Shown here one piece after another: positions 21,075 through 32,243 of a DNA stretch of 64,000 nucleotides (within the stretch, counting starts at the first letter, position 1; every line of letters starts with the position of its first letter). The DNA is from Promethearchaeota archaeon (lineage in GTDB: Archaea; Asgardarchaeota; Lokiarchaeia; Sigyniarchaeales; SOKP01), in NCBI GenBank assembly GCA_048938855.1, contig JBHLLT010000004.1, positions 64,001 to 128,000 of the forward strand. The letters run 5' to 3'. The translations under genes were made by a program, and so were the position numbers. Below the pieces are notes generated by a model that was not told where the DNA came from, made no database searches, and was given only the letters and a program-made list of their open reading frames with translations.

Positions 21075-22448
21075 ATGGTATTTTTCGAGATTGACCATTT
21101 AGGATTTAATTGCGGTAAAATTGAAGAAAAGTGTTCAAAATATCCTAAATTCTGTATGACTTGTATTAAGAATAAATTAAAACAACTAGGGTTTGAAATT
21201 GATTCCAATCTTGAAGTATATGAAGTAGATTCATATGAAAAACGGGTTCAGATGGAACGGGAGCTGATATGGAAGAAATTCTTAGATGTTCTAAATATAA
21301 GACATATTATAATTATGGATAATGAATCTGGTTTAACATTATTAAATTATCCCGTATCAGGAGAAGAAACAAATGCTGATTTATTGAGCGGTTTTATTCA
21401 AGCTAATATTACTTTTTCAGAATCCCATACTAGTTCTTATGAGAACTCAAATTCACCGAGCATTCATAACTTCTATGAATTTCAATATCAAAATTTCAAT
21501 ATATTATTAAGAGATGGAGAAGTGATACGACTCTGTTTAATGCTTGATCATAAAGCTTCTGAAAATATGAAAAATCAAGTTACCCAATTCATTCTCGAGT
21601 TCGAAGAAATATTTAGTAAAGAGTTATTTAATTTCAGAACTGCTGGAATGTTTTATTCAAAGAATATGATTGACTTCACAGTTGATTCGTTTGAAATTAA
21701 ATTGGTTTTTCCTATGACAATGACACATTCAATTCCTCCGAATGTTCTAAACAGTATAGAAAAAAATCAGATTCAAAATGCTATTGTTAATATTGCGAAA
21801 GAATTACTGACTACAAAACAATTCATTTTCATAAATAATTTGCTAAATAAAGTTAAAAAGATTGTTGATATAGAAGCAAATGAAATTTTATATCAAATAT
21901 ATCAATTAGTTGAAAACAATGTATTTAGTCCTACAACTTTAGAAGCAGCATTGAACAATATTGAAATGACTCAAGAAGCTCACGAGGAAAAGGTCGCTAA
22001 ATACAAACCTATATCTTCTATATTAATCACTAATTCTGATTTTGATAAATTAAAGGAACAAGCTAAAGAGATGGATGAAAATGCAGCATATATAATGATT
22101 AAAGAATTAATAAAGAAAGGAAAGGTTGCTGAAAAATCTCTTGCATATAAAGTAGCAGAGGATGAGTATAAAATGGCTTTATTTCTAGCAAAGGAATTTA
22201 ATTTTAAACAGGATATTGACAAAATCTCAAAATTTTTATTGGAATTAGATAAAGAGGTCAAGCAAATAGAACTAGATTTTAACCTAGAAGCAGCTGAGAA
22301 TACTGAAAAAAATGGTGATTTCATTAATAGCATCCAGTATTATCAAAAAGCATTGAAAATTCTTGAGAGTTTTCTAATATATAATGTTTCTGATTCTCGA
22401 ATTAAAAAGTTGAAGAAAAAAATCATAAAACTACGTGAAGAAATTTAA
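21075..22448 (+). CDS. Longin-like domain protein with C-terminal TPR-like helices
   Basis: SGLTLL...DLLSGFIQA longin-like pattern; helical C-terminus. Confidence 0.6.
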   Translation: MVFFEIDHLGFNCGKIEEKCSKYPKFCMTCIKNKLKQLGFEIDSNLEVYEVDSYEKRVQMERELIWKKFLDVLNIRHIIIMDNESGLTLLNYPVSGEETNADLLSGFIQANITFSESHTSSYENSNSPSIHNFYEFQYQNFNILLRDGEVIRLCLMLDHKASENMKNQVTQFILEFEEIFSKELFNFRTAGMFYSKNMIDFTVDSFEIKLVFPMTMTHSIPPNVLNSIEKNQIQNAIVNIAKELLTTKQFIFINNLLNKVKKIVDIEANEILYQIYQLVENNVFSPTTLEAALNNIEMTQEAHEEKVAKYKPISSILITNSDFDKLKEQAKEMDENAAYIMIKELIKKGKVAEKSLAYKVAEDEYKMALFLAKEFNFKQDIDKISKFLLELDKEVKQIELDFNLEAAENTEKNGDFINSIQYYQKALKILESFLIYNVSDSRIKKLKKKIIKLREEI

Positions 22449-22456
22449 AATTCTCC

Positions 22457-23593
22457 TTAAAATACATCTAAACTTACTACATCATGGTGGCAAACTGTAA
22501 GAGAAGAATTAGAAGGAGCAATTAATTTTACATTATCTAACACTTCTACAAAGGACGCTAGAATTACAAGATTATGATTATTTCCTTTTAATTGAACTCG
22601 ATTATGAAGGAAACAATTATCTGAAATTATGCTTTTTTCACATTTATTATTCTCTGAAATATATGTTTTGTTATATATCAATGCATCCTTAATTTCCGTA
22701 TTTGCCCCAATATACACATTATCACCAATAATTACATTTGGTCCTATTCGACAGTTTTTTCTAATTACGACATCTTTTCCGATGGTAACAGGAGGATATA
22801 TTAATGCTTTTCCTTCAATATTCAAACTCTCGTCAATTAGATTTTGATGCTTTTCTTCCAGGTTTTTGATTATCTCATTCATTAATTGAATATTTCCTTC
22901 TAATAATTCTTCTGGTTTGCCAATATCTTTCCAAATGCCTGAAATTGGGTGAAAATACAATTTACCTTCTTTAGCGAGAATTGGAAATATCTCCTTTTCC
23001 ATTGAAACTTTTTTATTTGGTTTAATATATTGAAAAATTTCTGGTTCCAAAAGATACGCACCTGCATTAATAGGCATGGGTTTATTTATTCCTTCTGGAG
23101 GTTTATACTCAGATTTTTCGAGAAATTTTAAGATTTTATTAGATTTTTCTTCTGTAATAATAACTCCATATCTTGAAGGATCTTCAACAATTTTACTAGC
23201 GATTAAACCAATACACTTTTGATATTTATGAGCTTTAAGCATCTCATTAAAGTCAAAATTAAAAATGACATCTCCATTTAACATGAAAAAATTATCATCA
23301 CTTAGATGATCTTCCGCTATTTTAATCGCCCCTGCAGTTCCTAATGGGCTTTTTTCATCCGTATAAACAACCTCTATTCCTAACTTCTCTCCATTTCCTA
23401 TATGCTTTTCTACAACATCTGCCATATAACTAACTGCGAGAACAATTTTACGAACTCCTGCTAACTTTAATAAAGATATTTGATGCTCAATAACAGGTTT
23501 ATTAACAACTGGCATTAGAGATTTTGGGATTAAACAGCTCAATGGCCTAAGCCTTCGTGCAAACCCCCCACTAAGAATTATCCCTTTAGTCAT
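22457..23593 (-). CDS. NDP-sugar pyrophosphorylase (mannose-1-phosphate guanylyltransferase-like)
   Basis: ILSGGFARRLRPL, PLGTAGA, NGD, WKDIG; hexapeptide tail. Confidence 0.9.
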   Translation of the reverse strand: MTKGIILSGGFARRLRPLSCLIPKSLMPVVNKPVIEHQISLLKLAGVRKIVLAVSYMADVVEKHIGNGEKLGIEVVYTDEKSPLGTAGAIKIAEDHLSDDNFFMLNGDVIFNFDFNEMLKAHKYQKCIGLIASKIVEDPSRYGVIITEEKSNKILKFLEKSEYKPPEGINKPMPINAGAYLLEPEIFQYIKPNKKVSMEKEIFPILAKEGKLYFHPISGIWKDIGKPEELLEGNIQLMNEIIKNLEEKHQNLIDESLNIEGKALIYPPVTIGKDVVIRKNCRIGPNVIIGDNVYIGANTEIKDALIYNKTYISENNKCEKSIISDNCFLHNRVQLKGNNHNLVILASFVEVLDNVKLIAPSNSSLTVCHHDVVSLDVF

Positions 23594-23681
23594 TGTGAGG
23601 ATTAATTATATAATATTATTATTTTTATGGAATTAAACTAGAAATTAATATTTATTTAATCAGTATTGAAATTGATGAAAT

Positions 23682-24995
23682 TTAGCTTATTTCAATTTGT
23701 TCTGGTCTTAATCCTAATTGTTCTTGTTCTTTGATCATTTCTTGCTCAGATTCTCTTTTTATTATATTTTTCAGATCAGTAAAATACCAAGTAATTACAA
23801 TCGCTACAAATTGTAAATATATCGCAAAAATGAAAAGTAATTGAATTCCAACAAGATCTGCAATTGGTCCAGAAATTAGCATTCCGAGGGGAGTCACAGC
23901 TGCGGCAATACTTGCCACAATTGAGAATACTCTACCTTGGGTTTCTGCAGGGATTTTAGTCTGAAGAATAGTAAGAAACATTGTGTTTGCTATAGGAATC
24001 ATAGACCCCTGAATTAATGACCCTATTGCCATCATAATAAAATATCCTTTTGGTGCTATAGTTAAAATTGAGAACCCAGTAATTCCAATAAAACATGAAT
24101 ATAAAATTATTATTTCTTTGTGTTTCCAATTTTTTTTAACCATAGCTATAATCGCACCTATAACAAAACCAATTTGGAACATTGCGATTAGTAGAGAATA
24201 ATTTAACACTGTACCTGAATGATTTATTAGAACAAATAGTAGCAATTGGGTTGAAAAAGGCATATTTAAAAGATTAATAAAAGAGATAAAAATAATTAAT
24301 ATAAGAAAACTTTTTACAGACTTCAATACATTCAGACCAAATTTGAAATCTTTTATAAACGCTACTTTCTTAGGTTTCCCCGAATTTGAAATAACTGAAG
24401 GAATAGATATTGCTAATAATGGGATAAGTGCAATACCAAATGTAATTATATCAATCCAAAGAATATGTTCTATTTTAATTGCAGGATTAATTTCAACAAA
24501 AGTGAAGAAGATTCCTCCTATTATAGGCCCAATTATCTGAATACCTCCAGTAAATAAATAATTAATTGCATTCATCCGACTTAGATGTTTTTTAGGGATC
24601 ATAATTGGAATTATAGCATTTACAGTAGGAAAATGTATTGCTTGACAAATTGCTCGCACAACATTCAGAGAGATTATAAGCCAGTAATTAGCTATGTTGG
24701 TCATAAAAAATATAATCATTATGAACGTTGTGAAAGCTTGAAGTGAATCGGCTACTATTATTGTAATTTTTCTATTCCACCTATCAATATAGACGCCAAT
24801 GAGAGGTGGGATGATTACCATTGGAAGTGCTGACAAAAAAAATGCAATAGAAAGGAAGGTTGGGCTTAATGTTTCTGCACCTATCCATGTAATTATGACA
24901 AAACGAGTGACTGAGGAGCCTAACATTGAAATTAATTGCCCAATCCAAAAGAATAGATAATGGGTGAATGTTTGGGTAGAGGGCTTTGGCTCCAT
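23682..24995 (-). CDS. MFS transporter (MefA/DHA3-like)
   Basis: 12 TM; GQLISMLGS, DRWNRK, QGRVFS. Confidence 0.9.
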   Translation of the reverse strand: MEPKPSTQTFTHYLFFWIGQLISMLGSSVTRFVIITWIGAETLSPTFLSIAFFLSALPMVIIPPLIGVYIDRWNRKITIIVADSLQAFTTFIMIIFFMTNIANYWLIISLNVVRAICQAIHFPTVNAIIPIMIPKKHLSRMNAINYLFTGGIQIIGPIIGGIFFTFVEINPAIKIEHILWIDIITFGIALIPLLAISIPSVISNSGKPKKVAFIKDFKFGLNVLKSVKSFLILIIFISFINLLNMPFSTQLLLFVLINHSGTVLNYSLLIAMFQIGFVIGAIIAMVKKNWKHKEIIILYSCFIGITGFSILTIAPKGYFIMMAIGSLIQGSMIPIANTMFLTILQTKIPAETQGRVFSIVASIAAAVTPLGMLISGPIADLVGIQLLFIFAIYLQFVAIVITWYFTDLKNIIKRESEQEMIKEQEQLGLRPEQIEIS

Positions 24996-25106
24996 GGAAA
25001 AAAAAATTAATGATTATATCAAAAGTTTATGAATTTGAAAATTATCTAATCATGATATCATAACATATTGATTAGAATTAAAATTAGAAAAAGTAAAAAA
25101 AATAGA

Positions 25107-26873
25107 TTATTTTTTATATAAAGGGTCAGCTTCTTGTAAAGTACGTCTTTCAACCTTCCCCATGACACTTTTAGGCACTTCGTCAATTATTTCAATCATA
25201 GCGGGGCATTTCCATTTAGTCATATTCTTTTCTGTCCAGGCTATTAACTCTTCTCCAGTAATTTTACCCTCGTATCCCGGTTTCAATGAAACCCATGCTT
25301 TTGTGATTTCACCTACCTTTCCAGCAGGATCAGGTAAACCCGCAACAGCAGCTTCCGAAACAGCTTCATGGCTCATAAGCATAGTTTCAACTTCTGCTGG
25401 AAATACTGAATGCCCAGCTACCTTGATTAATTGTTTCTTCCGATCTCTTATTGATATTGTACCATCTTCGTTCATAAATCCAATATCACCAGTTAAAAGC
25501 CAAGTACGACCATCCCATTTTTTTAATGTATCACCAGTTTCTTCTGGTTGATTCAAATATCCTGCCATCACTTGAGGTCCACAAACGCATATTTCTCCAG
25601 TAAAATCTTCTCCATATTTAGAACCAGGCAAACCAGTTGCAAGAGGACCTTTTTCAAAATCTTCTGTATCAAAAATTCCCCAATCCGTCCCAGGAAATGG
25701 CATACCAATCGTCCCAACTGGGCTTTCTCCAAAAAGATTTCCAGCACTCACGACTGGACTTGCTTCTGAGAGCCCATACCCTTCTACTATTCTTCCATTA
25801 GTATTTTCTTGAAATGCTTTCTGAACAGGCGCATGTAAAGGCCCTGCACCTGAAATACAGAGTCTTAACCTACCCATTAAAGTTGGAAACTTTTCTAAAT
25901 TTGGAAAGTCTGCTATCCTTTTGAATAGTATTTCCGCACCTGCATAAAAAAGACCTTTCGGAGCATCAATATGGGTAATTTCTTTTAAGAAATCGCCTGT
26001 TTGTGGTGGTCTTGGAAAAAGCATCATCCAACCTCCTAAAGCTATAGCTACATTCATAACTGCAGTCATTGCAAAAGAATGGTACAGAGGAAGTGCCCCT
26101 ATAACACCTACTCCAGGGTCTTCACCACCTACCCATAACATACATTGAGTAGCGTTAGATACTATGTTGAAATGCGTTAAAATAGTTGCTTTAGGCACTC
26201 CAGTAGTTCCACCAGTCATAATATAAGTAGCTGTTTGTTCCATTGGATCAAATTCTACTTTTGGAAGATCAGGTTCAACATTAAGAAGATCCAAAAAGTT
26301 AATGGCACTTGGAAATCTCACTTTTCCTTTTGGTAATTTGCCAAGAAATTTTCCTAAAGATTTTTTCCATCCTGGTAATCCTGAGGCTAAATCAGCTATG
26401 TTTGTATAAATCACCATTTCAATATTAGACTTATTGATGATAGGTTCTGCTAATTCTACGTATAATGCATCCATGGTTATTAAAATCTTCGCATTGGTCA
26501 TTTTAAGTTGATGTAATACCTCTAAAGGCTTGTAGGTTGGATTTATTCCTGTCGCAATTGCTCCCAATTTTGTTGATGCATAGAAACTAATCACATATTG
26601 AAAACAATTTGGCAATAAAAAGGCAATAACATCACCTTTTTTCACTCCTAATTTGTGGAGTGAAGTAGCTAAAGCATCTATAAATTTACCTGCTTCCTCG
26701 TATGTCATAAATGTTTCTATAAACCACATCATATTATCATTAGCATATTTTTTACGTTGGCTTTCAAAAAATTCTCCTAATGAAACTTTTTCGAATTTAT
26801 AGTTCTTAGGTGTTTTTTCAGGCCACCATTTCTTAAACCATGCTTTGTTTTCGTCTACTTGATATTCAGACAT
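25107..26873 (-). CDS. Long-chain fatty acid-CoA ligase
   Basis: TGGTTGVPK, EGYGLSE, TGD, DRKK. Confidence 0.92.
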   Translation of the reverse strand: MSEYQVDENKAWFKKWWPEKTPKNYKFEKVSLGEFFESQRKKYANDNMMWFIETFMTYEEAGKFIDALATSLHKLGVKKGDVIAFLLPNCFQYVISFYASTKLGAIATGINPTYKPLEVLHQLKMTNAKILITMDALYVELAEPIINKSNIEMVIYTNIADLASGLPGWKKSLGKFLGKLPKGKVRFPSAINFLDLLNVEPDLPKVEFDPMEQTATYIMTGGTTGVPKATILTHFNIVSNATQCMLWVGGEDPGVGVIGALPLYHSFAMTAVMNVAIALGGWMMLFPRPPQTGDFLKEITHIDAPKGLFYAGAEILFKRIADFPNLEKFPTLMGRLRLCISGAGPLHAPVQKAFQENTNGRIVEGYGLSEASPVVSAGNLFGESPVGTIGMPFPGTDWGIFDTEDFEKGPLATGLPGSKYGEDFTGEICVCGPQVMAGYLNQPEETGDTLKKWDGRTWLLTGDIGFMNEDGTISIRDRKKQLIKVAGHSVFPAEVETMLMSHEAVSEAAVAGLPDPAGKVGEITKAWVSLKPGYEGKITGEELIAWTEKNMTKWKCPAMIEIIDEVPKSVMGKVERRTLQEADPLYKK

Positions 26874-27115
26874 TATTTTTCACATTATAATTGTTTTTAT
26901 TGGATAATATAAAAAAATTTTACATTAGAACACTAAGTAAAATTAGCTTAAATTTATAAAGTTTTTAAAAAATAACGATGATTTCAATATATTATGTAAA
27001 TTTAATCATAATTCTAAAGAGAAACCATAATTATTAAGAATTTATAATAAAAAAGATTAAAAGATAATAATAATTCGAAATACTAAGAACTTGAATAATT
27101 TATCATAGAAGAAAT

Positions 27116-27478
27116 ATGACTTGTATCCATGGATTAGATGAAATAAATTGCCCTACTTGTCGGATTTTGAAATCATCATTGCCATTAAATGGGGTAAGTT
27201 CAAAAAAATCGATATTGCCAACTTTTAACACGTTATTATCTAGAAAAAAGATTAATCATGAAAAAGAATTAATTGATGAACTCACCCCTTTAAAGAAAAA
27301 TATGCATCCTCCCAATTTCATCACAAAACCCAGTTTCATTAATGAGATTCCTAATTTTAAAAATAAATTATTCTTAGAAAGATCTAAAGAACTCGATATT
27401 TCTAAAGAGGATAATTATGGGATCACCAAAAAAATTCCTCTCGAAAGCTCAGAATGGAAATTTGAAGAGGAAGAATAA
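27116..27478 (+). CDS. Hypothetical protein with N-terminal Zn-binding motif
   Basis: CIHG....CPTC. Confidence 0.65.
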   Translation: MTCIHGLDEINCPTCRILKSSLPLNGVSSKKSILPTFNTLLSRKKINHEKELIDELTPLKKNMHPPNFITKPSFINEIPNFKNKLFLERSKELDISKEDNYGITKKIPLESSEWKFEEEE

Positions 27479-27772
27479 ATTTTCATCCTTAAAATTTCAT
27501 AACTCATCGCTATTTTTTTAGAATTTATGCTCTTGATATAATTTTTCTATGAAGGAATAATTAAAAAGAATTTTAAGGTAAATATAGAAGAACATATTTT
27601 AGACTGCTGAAATTATTGGATTGTATGAAAAGTAGTCTTAGTCAATGACATAAACATGGAAAAATATTAGTAAATATATGAATTTCTATATAAAATATAT
27701 TTTTTTAATATCCTATCTTAAATCATAATTAAATACTAATTTTCAAAATTAAATAATTAAGAGGTGAAACTA

Positions 27773-28453
27773 ATGGCACAAATGGAAATCACTTGGCTTG
27801 GGCATGCTGCCTTTAAAGTAAAAACACATAGTGGAAGAATTATATATCTGGATCCCTATCAAATTAAAAAAGGAGAAGAAAAAGCCGATATTATTATTTC
27901 CACGCATTCTCATGGGGATCATTTTGATTCAAGTAGCATTAAAAAACTTATAAAGGAAGATACAATTGTTATCGGTCCTGAAAGTATTGCTGATAGCTTA
28001 AAGAAATTTGATGGAACTGCTTTGAAACTAGGTGAATCATTTGACTATAAAGATCTCTCAATAGAGTTAATTCCCGCTTATAATATTAAAAAACCAAACC
28101 ATCCAAAAAGGAATGAATGGGCGGGAATAATAGTGACATCCGAAGATAAAAGTGTATACCATGCAGGAGATACTGAAAGAATCCCCGAAATGAAAGATTT
28201 AGCAAATCGAAATATAACTGTTGCTATGATGCCTTGTGGTGGAACATATACCATGGATTTTGATGAAGCTACAGATTCAATTGTTGATGTGAAGCCTAAA
28301 ATTGCAATTCCAATGCATAATTTACACGTAATTAATGTGTAAAGGCAAAATTGGAGCAAAGATCTCAGCAAATTCAGGGAATTACTCAACGAAAAGGATC
28401 CAAGCATAAAGGTAGAAATATTAGAAGAAGGCGGTAAACCTTTAATAATTTAA
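27773..28453 (+). CDS. MBL-fold metallo-hydrolase, interrupted by a putative 30-nt intron (join 27773-28319, 28350-28453; 216 aa)
   Basis: WLGHA, THSHGDH, YHAGDT, PMH; the frame continues after the internal TAA as WSKDLSKFRELL...LII*; SD GAGGTGA. Confidence 0.85.
28320..28349 (+). other. Putative BHB-type mRNA intron
   Basis: TCCAA/TTGGA outer helix, 3-nt bulges TAA and AAA, TGCA/GGCA central helix (3 of 4 paired), TTTACAC/GTGTAAA inner helix; removal restores P-M-H-N-W. Confidence 0.7.
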
Positions 28454-28993
28454 ATAATTCTTTTTTTTTTTTAATCTTGTTAATTATAACCTGAAGTGCA
28501 TCGCTCCTAAATTCTGATTTTTTAGCTATATTAAAGACAAGTTTATTGGTATTATTTCGATTATGATAAATTTTCAAAATTAACCACTAAGGTTCTTAAT
28601 AATAAATTAAACAAGTCTGAATGTGAGATGATTATTAAAGATTTTGACTTTTTAATAGAAAAGTTAAAATTAATTCCTTAAAATGAAAACGTTCTTTTCA
28701 ATTTCCCTCATCTTTCTAATTCAAATGTCTAAAATCCCTCACAAACGTAAAGAGATAATCAGTAGATTTAAACATAGTATTATAATTATTTTTAAAAAAA
28801 TGTTTTTGAGCCTAAATGAATTAAAGTTGAATTTTGAAGATTTTTTATGCAATCTTGTATTAAATTGAAACTATCCTCGATTCCATTGTTTACTTTTACC
28901 GTATAAAAGAAAGATTTATATATTTGCAACAGAAATTATATCACACTTAAATAGGAATTCAAGGTGATTAAAAAAAAGTAACTATTTAAGGCA

Positions 28994-29707
28994 ATGGAAA
29001 TAGAGAGCAACAATGAAAGATATTATCTCATTATTGCTGGGATTCTGGTCTTTACTGTATTATCTATTTTTGTTGTACTTGTATTGGGATTTGGGGGCCA
29101 TCTTATGTCTAATTTGAATATCATTCCTTCAAATAATGGCGTTTTTCCTTTAGACTCAAAAGATGATTTTTCTAATAATGCCGGAACTATTGAAATCGGG
29201 TCAGTACCAGAAAAAGGCGTTTTCGGACCTTTTGACACCAAACCCGGTGAGATGAAAATCTTTGATCAATATCTTCCTGTAGATCCACTACCATTAAAAA
29301 TCACTGATGACTATCTAAATGATTATTGGGTAGTTGTGGGCACATATGGTGGTTATTCATGGATAAATGGATACATTAAGGTTATGCAAACCAAATCAGA
29401 TGAAAATCTTTGGTCTAATTTAGTAGGTTATATTAAAATAACCGCTACAGAAATTGAAGGTCCACATGGCTGGACTACTTACAATCTCACATTTTCAATT
29501 GATGGCGATCATCCTATCATTCTAGACAGTAACCATCCCCCAGTCTCTCCTCTTGGAGACTTCTGGGTCAATGGACCAGACAATCTAGATAAATGGGTAT
29601 GGTTAAAGGTTGATACCACATGGGAAGGCTGTCCATTACCCGAACAACAATTTATGGTAATACTGACACAAAAAGTAATTTTTCCGGAGTCCCCAACTCC
29701 AAAATAG
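28994..29707 (+). CDS. Hypothetical membrane-anchored extracellular protein
   Basis: N-terminal TM followed by a Trp/Pro/Gly-rich beta domain. Confidence 0.65.
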   Translation: MEIESNNERYYLIIAGILVFTVLSIFVVLVLGFGGHLMSNLNIIPSNNGVFPLDSKDDFSNNAGTIEIGSVPEKGVFGPFDTKPGEMKIFDQYLPVDPLPLKITDDYLNDYWVVVGTYGGYSWINGYIKVMQTKSDENLWSNLVGYIKITATEIEGPHGWTTYNLTFSIDGDHPIILDSNHPPVSPLGDFWVNGPDNLDKWVWLKVDTTWEGCPLPEQQFMVILTQKVIFPESPTPK

Positions 29708-29990
29708 TGAATTCTATTCACTTCTTGAGTGCAATAATATTTAATATGCTTTTAAGCTGCTGTGATCGAATTTACTCTTTACCAACGATGAGATCGACCT
29801 TATTCAAATGATTAACCTCGATCTGTATAAGAAAAATCTCGATCCACAGTTTCAATATCACCTTTCTTTTTTTTTTTGTTTTAAATATTGTAAAAAAAAA
29901 CTTATGAACTAATAATTAATTCTTTGTATCGTTGTCTCATTTTTAAAAATACATAAAAATAAATAGCCTAAACTAGATTATTAAGTTGGT

Positions 29991-30626
29991 TTGAGGACAA
30001 ATATCATATCTCAGAAATATGGTTGGTATTTAGCAAGAATTAATGCGAGTATTGAAAAATTTGCGAATATAGTCGCTACTAGTTTTAAAACTATAGGAAA
30101 ATACAATCTAAAACCTGGTCAATATATAAAAATCAGAAATTTCAATAACGTACACTCTGAGATTGAATATTTGGATAAATTCATCTTATTACCTTATTTT
30201 AAAGAATTTATTGAGAATTATTTAGTATTACACGACGTCATTCAATCAATCACAAAAACAACATATCATTACGTCGATAAGGAATATTTTAATGTGGTTA
30301 CTAAATTACTAAACACCTTTTTTCAAGAACGAAATAATAAAAGGGGGGTAGTGATAAAAGAATTCCTCGAATTTGATAACCAAGAGACATCCCAAATGGA
30401 TATCGCCATGCCTGAATCATGGTTAAATGAAAATAGCGTAGATTTAGGAGATATTGTGCTCCTAAGAAATGATGTGGCTTCTCCCGTTATTTATTAGTTT
30501 GATCAGAGTCAGCCTCTTCCTCCAGGATCTTCCCTACAGATACCTAACTAAAAAATATTTCCAGCAACCATTGAAGATGTGACAACTACAAGGCATTATA
30601 TTATGAAAAAATTTTCACCTACCTAG
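29991..30626 (+). pseudogene. Probable degraded gene
   Basis: Coding-like sequence continues in frame past TAG 30495-30497 and TAA 30549-30551. Confidence 0.45.
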
Positions 30627-30767
30627 TAATAGTTAGTAATTTCTTCAATTTTGACTTGATATTTAATTGTCTATTATAATAGGGCTATCTTAAGCAAATG
30701 TCAAATAATTCAAATGGTGCATTGAATTAATTATAACTTTATAAATAGTTGCAACCTATTAAAATAC

Positions 30768-32039
30768 ATGTCGAAAGTAGACGCATTTATTAAAAAAAAA
30801 GATGAAGAATACGAGGAAAAAACTCTAAGATCTAAACGATACCAATGGTACATAGTTATTTTCATGGGATTAGTAGGTTTTCTTGATAACAACCTAAATT
30901 TAATGGAAGGTCAAGTTCTACCTTTTATACTTGATGAATTAATTCCTTGGATAGCTGATGATACTGCCCAAAGATTTTTCTTTGGTATATGGCAAGGAAT
31001 TTTTGGGATAGCAACATTTTCGGTCTTCATATTATCTTGGTTTACAGATGCGTTTGGAAGAAAAAAAGGAACATTCGTATTATTGCTTTTAATGGGAATT
31101 CCAGCAATTTTGATAGTTCTCTTAACACCAACCATTTGGAGTTTTTACGTTTTATATACTATCCTTATAACCGGTACAGTAAGTAATTTATGGGAGATAC
31201 CTGTAAGTGAGGAATCACCTGCTAAGAAAAGAGCTTTATATGGAGGTATTGCAACCTTAATAAGCCTTATTCCGATTGCTGCTCTTATAGGAGATGACAT
31301 TGCAGATGCATTAGGTTGGAGATGGAGTTATGGTATATTCTTTTTTGTTATGATAGTACTATTAATTATGCTATATTTCATGAAAGAACCTAAGAGATGG
31401 GTTGATGCTAAAGAAAAAGGTAAAGGCTATCTTAAAATGAAACAAGCGTTAAAATCATTCAATAAAAAAGATTGGACATATGCCTTAATGTCATTTGTAG
31501 TTTATGGTATATGGGCAATTGGTTTAAAAATAGGAAACACATGGGCACGCGAATACTATATTGCCATTGCGTCTCCCTGGGTAGCTCAATGGAGTATGAT
31601 TATCATGATCGCAGGTTTTATGCTTTTATTAGGTGCCATAGTATCTGGTATTGTTATGGAGAGGGTATCAAGAAAAGTGACTCTGATTTTTAGTACTATC
31701 GGTTCATCATTGGGATTTATTATATTTGGACTTACTAGCCATCCTGCTTTCTTGTGGTTAGCCTACTTCTCGATGACAGTTTTATTTACCTGGATTATGG
31801 TTTATTTTACTGAGGTATTTCGAACAGAAATTAGAACTACTGGAATGGGTATAGCTTCATTAGGTACAAGAATTTCTTATGTAACTGGTCCATTAATTGC
31901 TGCAGCATTATTATTAACAAATTGGATAATGTTCTGGGTTATTCCAGGATTACTATTATTAATTCCTCTTTTGATATTAATATTAAAACCATATGAAACA
32001 AAGGGTAAAACTTTAGAGCAAATCCAAGAAGAGAGATAA
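30768..32039 (+). CDS. MFS transporter
   Basis: DAFGRK, EVFRTEIR, ETKGKTLE. Confidence 0.9.
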   Translation: MSKVDAFIKKKDEEYEEKTLRSKRYQWYIVIFMGLVGFLDNNLNLMEGQVLPFILDELIPWIADDTAQRFFFGIWQGIFGIATFSVFILSWFTDAFGRKKGTFVLLLLMGIPAILIVLLTPTIWSFYVLYTILITGTVSNLWEIPVSEESPAKKRALYGGIATLISLIPIAALIGDDIADALGWRWSYGIFFFVMIVLLIMLYFMKEPKRWVDAKEKGKGYLKMKQALKSFNKKDWTYALMSFVVYGIWAIGLKIGNTWAREYYIAIASPWVAQWSMIIMIAGFMLLLGAIVSGIVMERVSRKVTLIFSTIGSSLGFIIFGLTSHPAFLWLAYFSMTVLFTWIMVYFTEVFRTEIRTTGMGIASLGTRISYVTGPLIAAALLLTNWIMFWVIPGLLLLIPLLILILKPYETKGKTLEQIQEER

Positions 32040-32243
32040 TTTAAAAAGGTCTCAAAAATAAATCAAATATAATTTTTTTTAATTATTTTTCTCAATTTTT
32101 AAATATTTTTACTTGTTTCTAGGAAAAATGCGTGTTTAATTTTTTTATAGGATAAGATTTTAAGCTATGGTTTTTAGAAGTATTATATAAAAATCTAAAA
32201 TATCAATAATTTTAGTAAAAACTAAAGCAATGTGTGAAGACAA

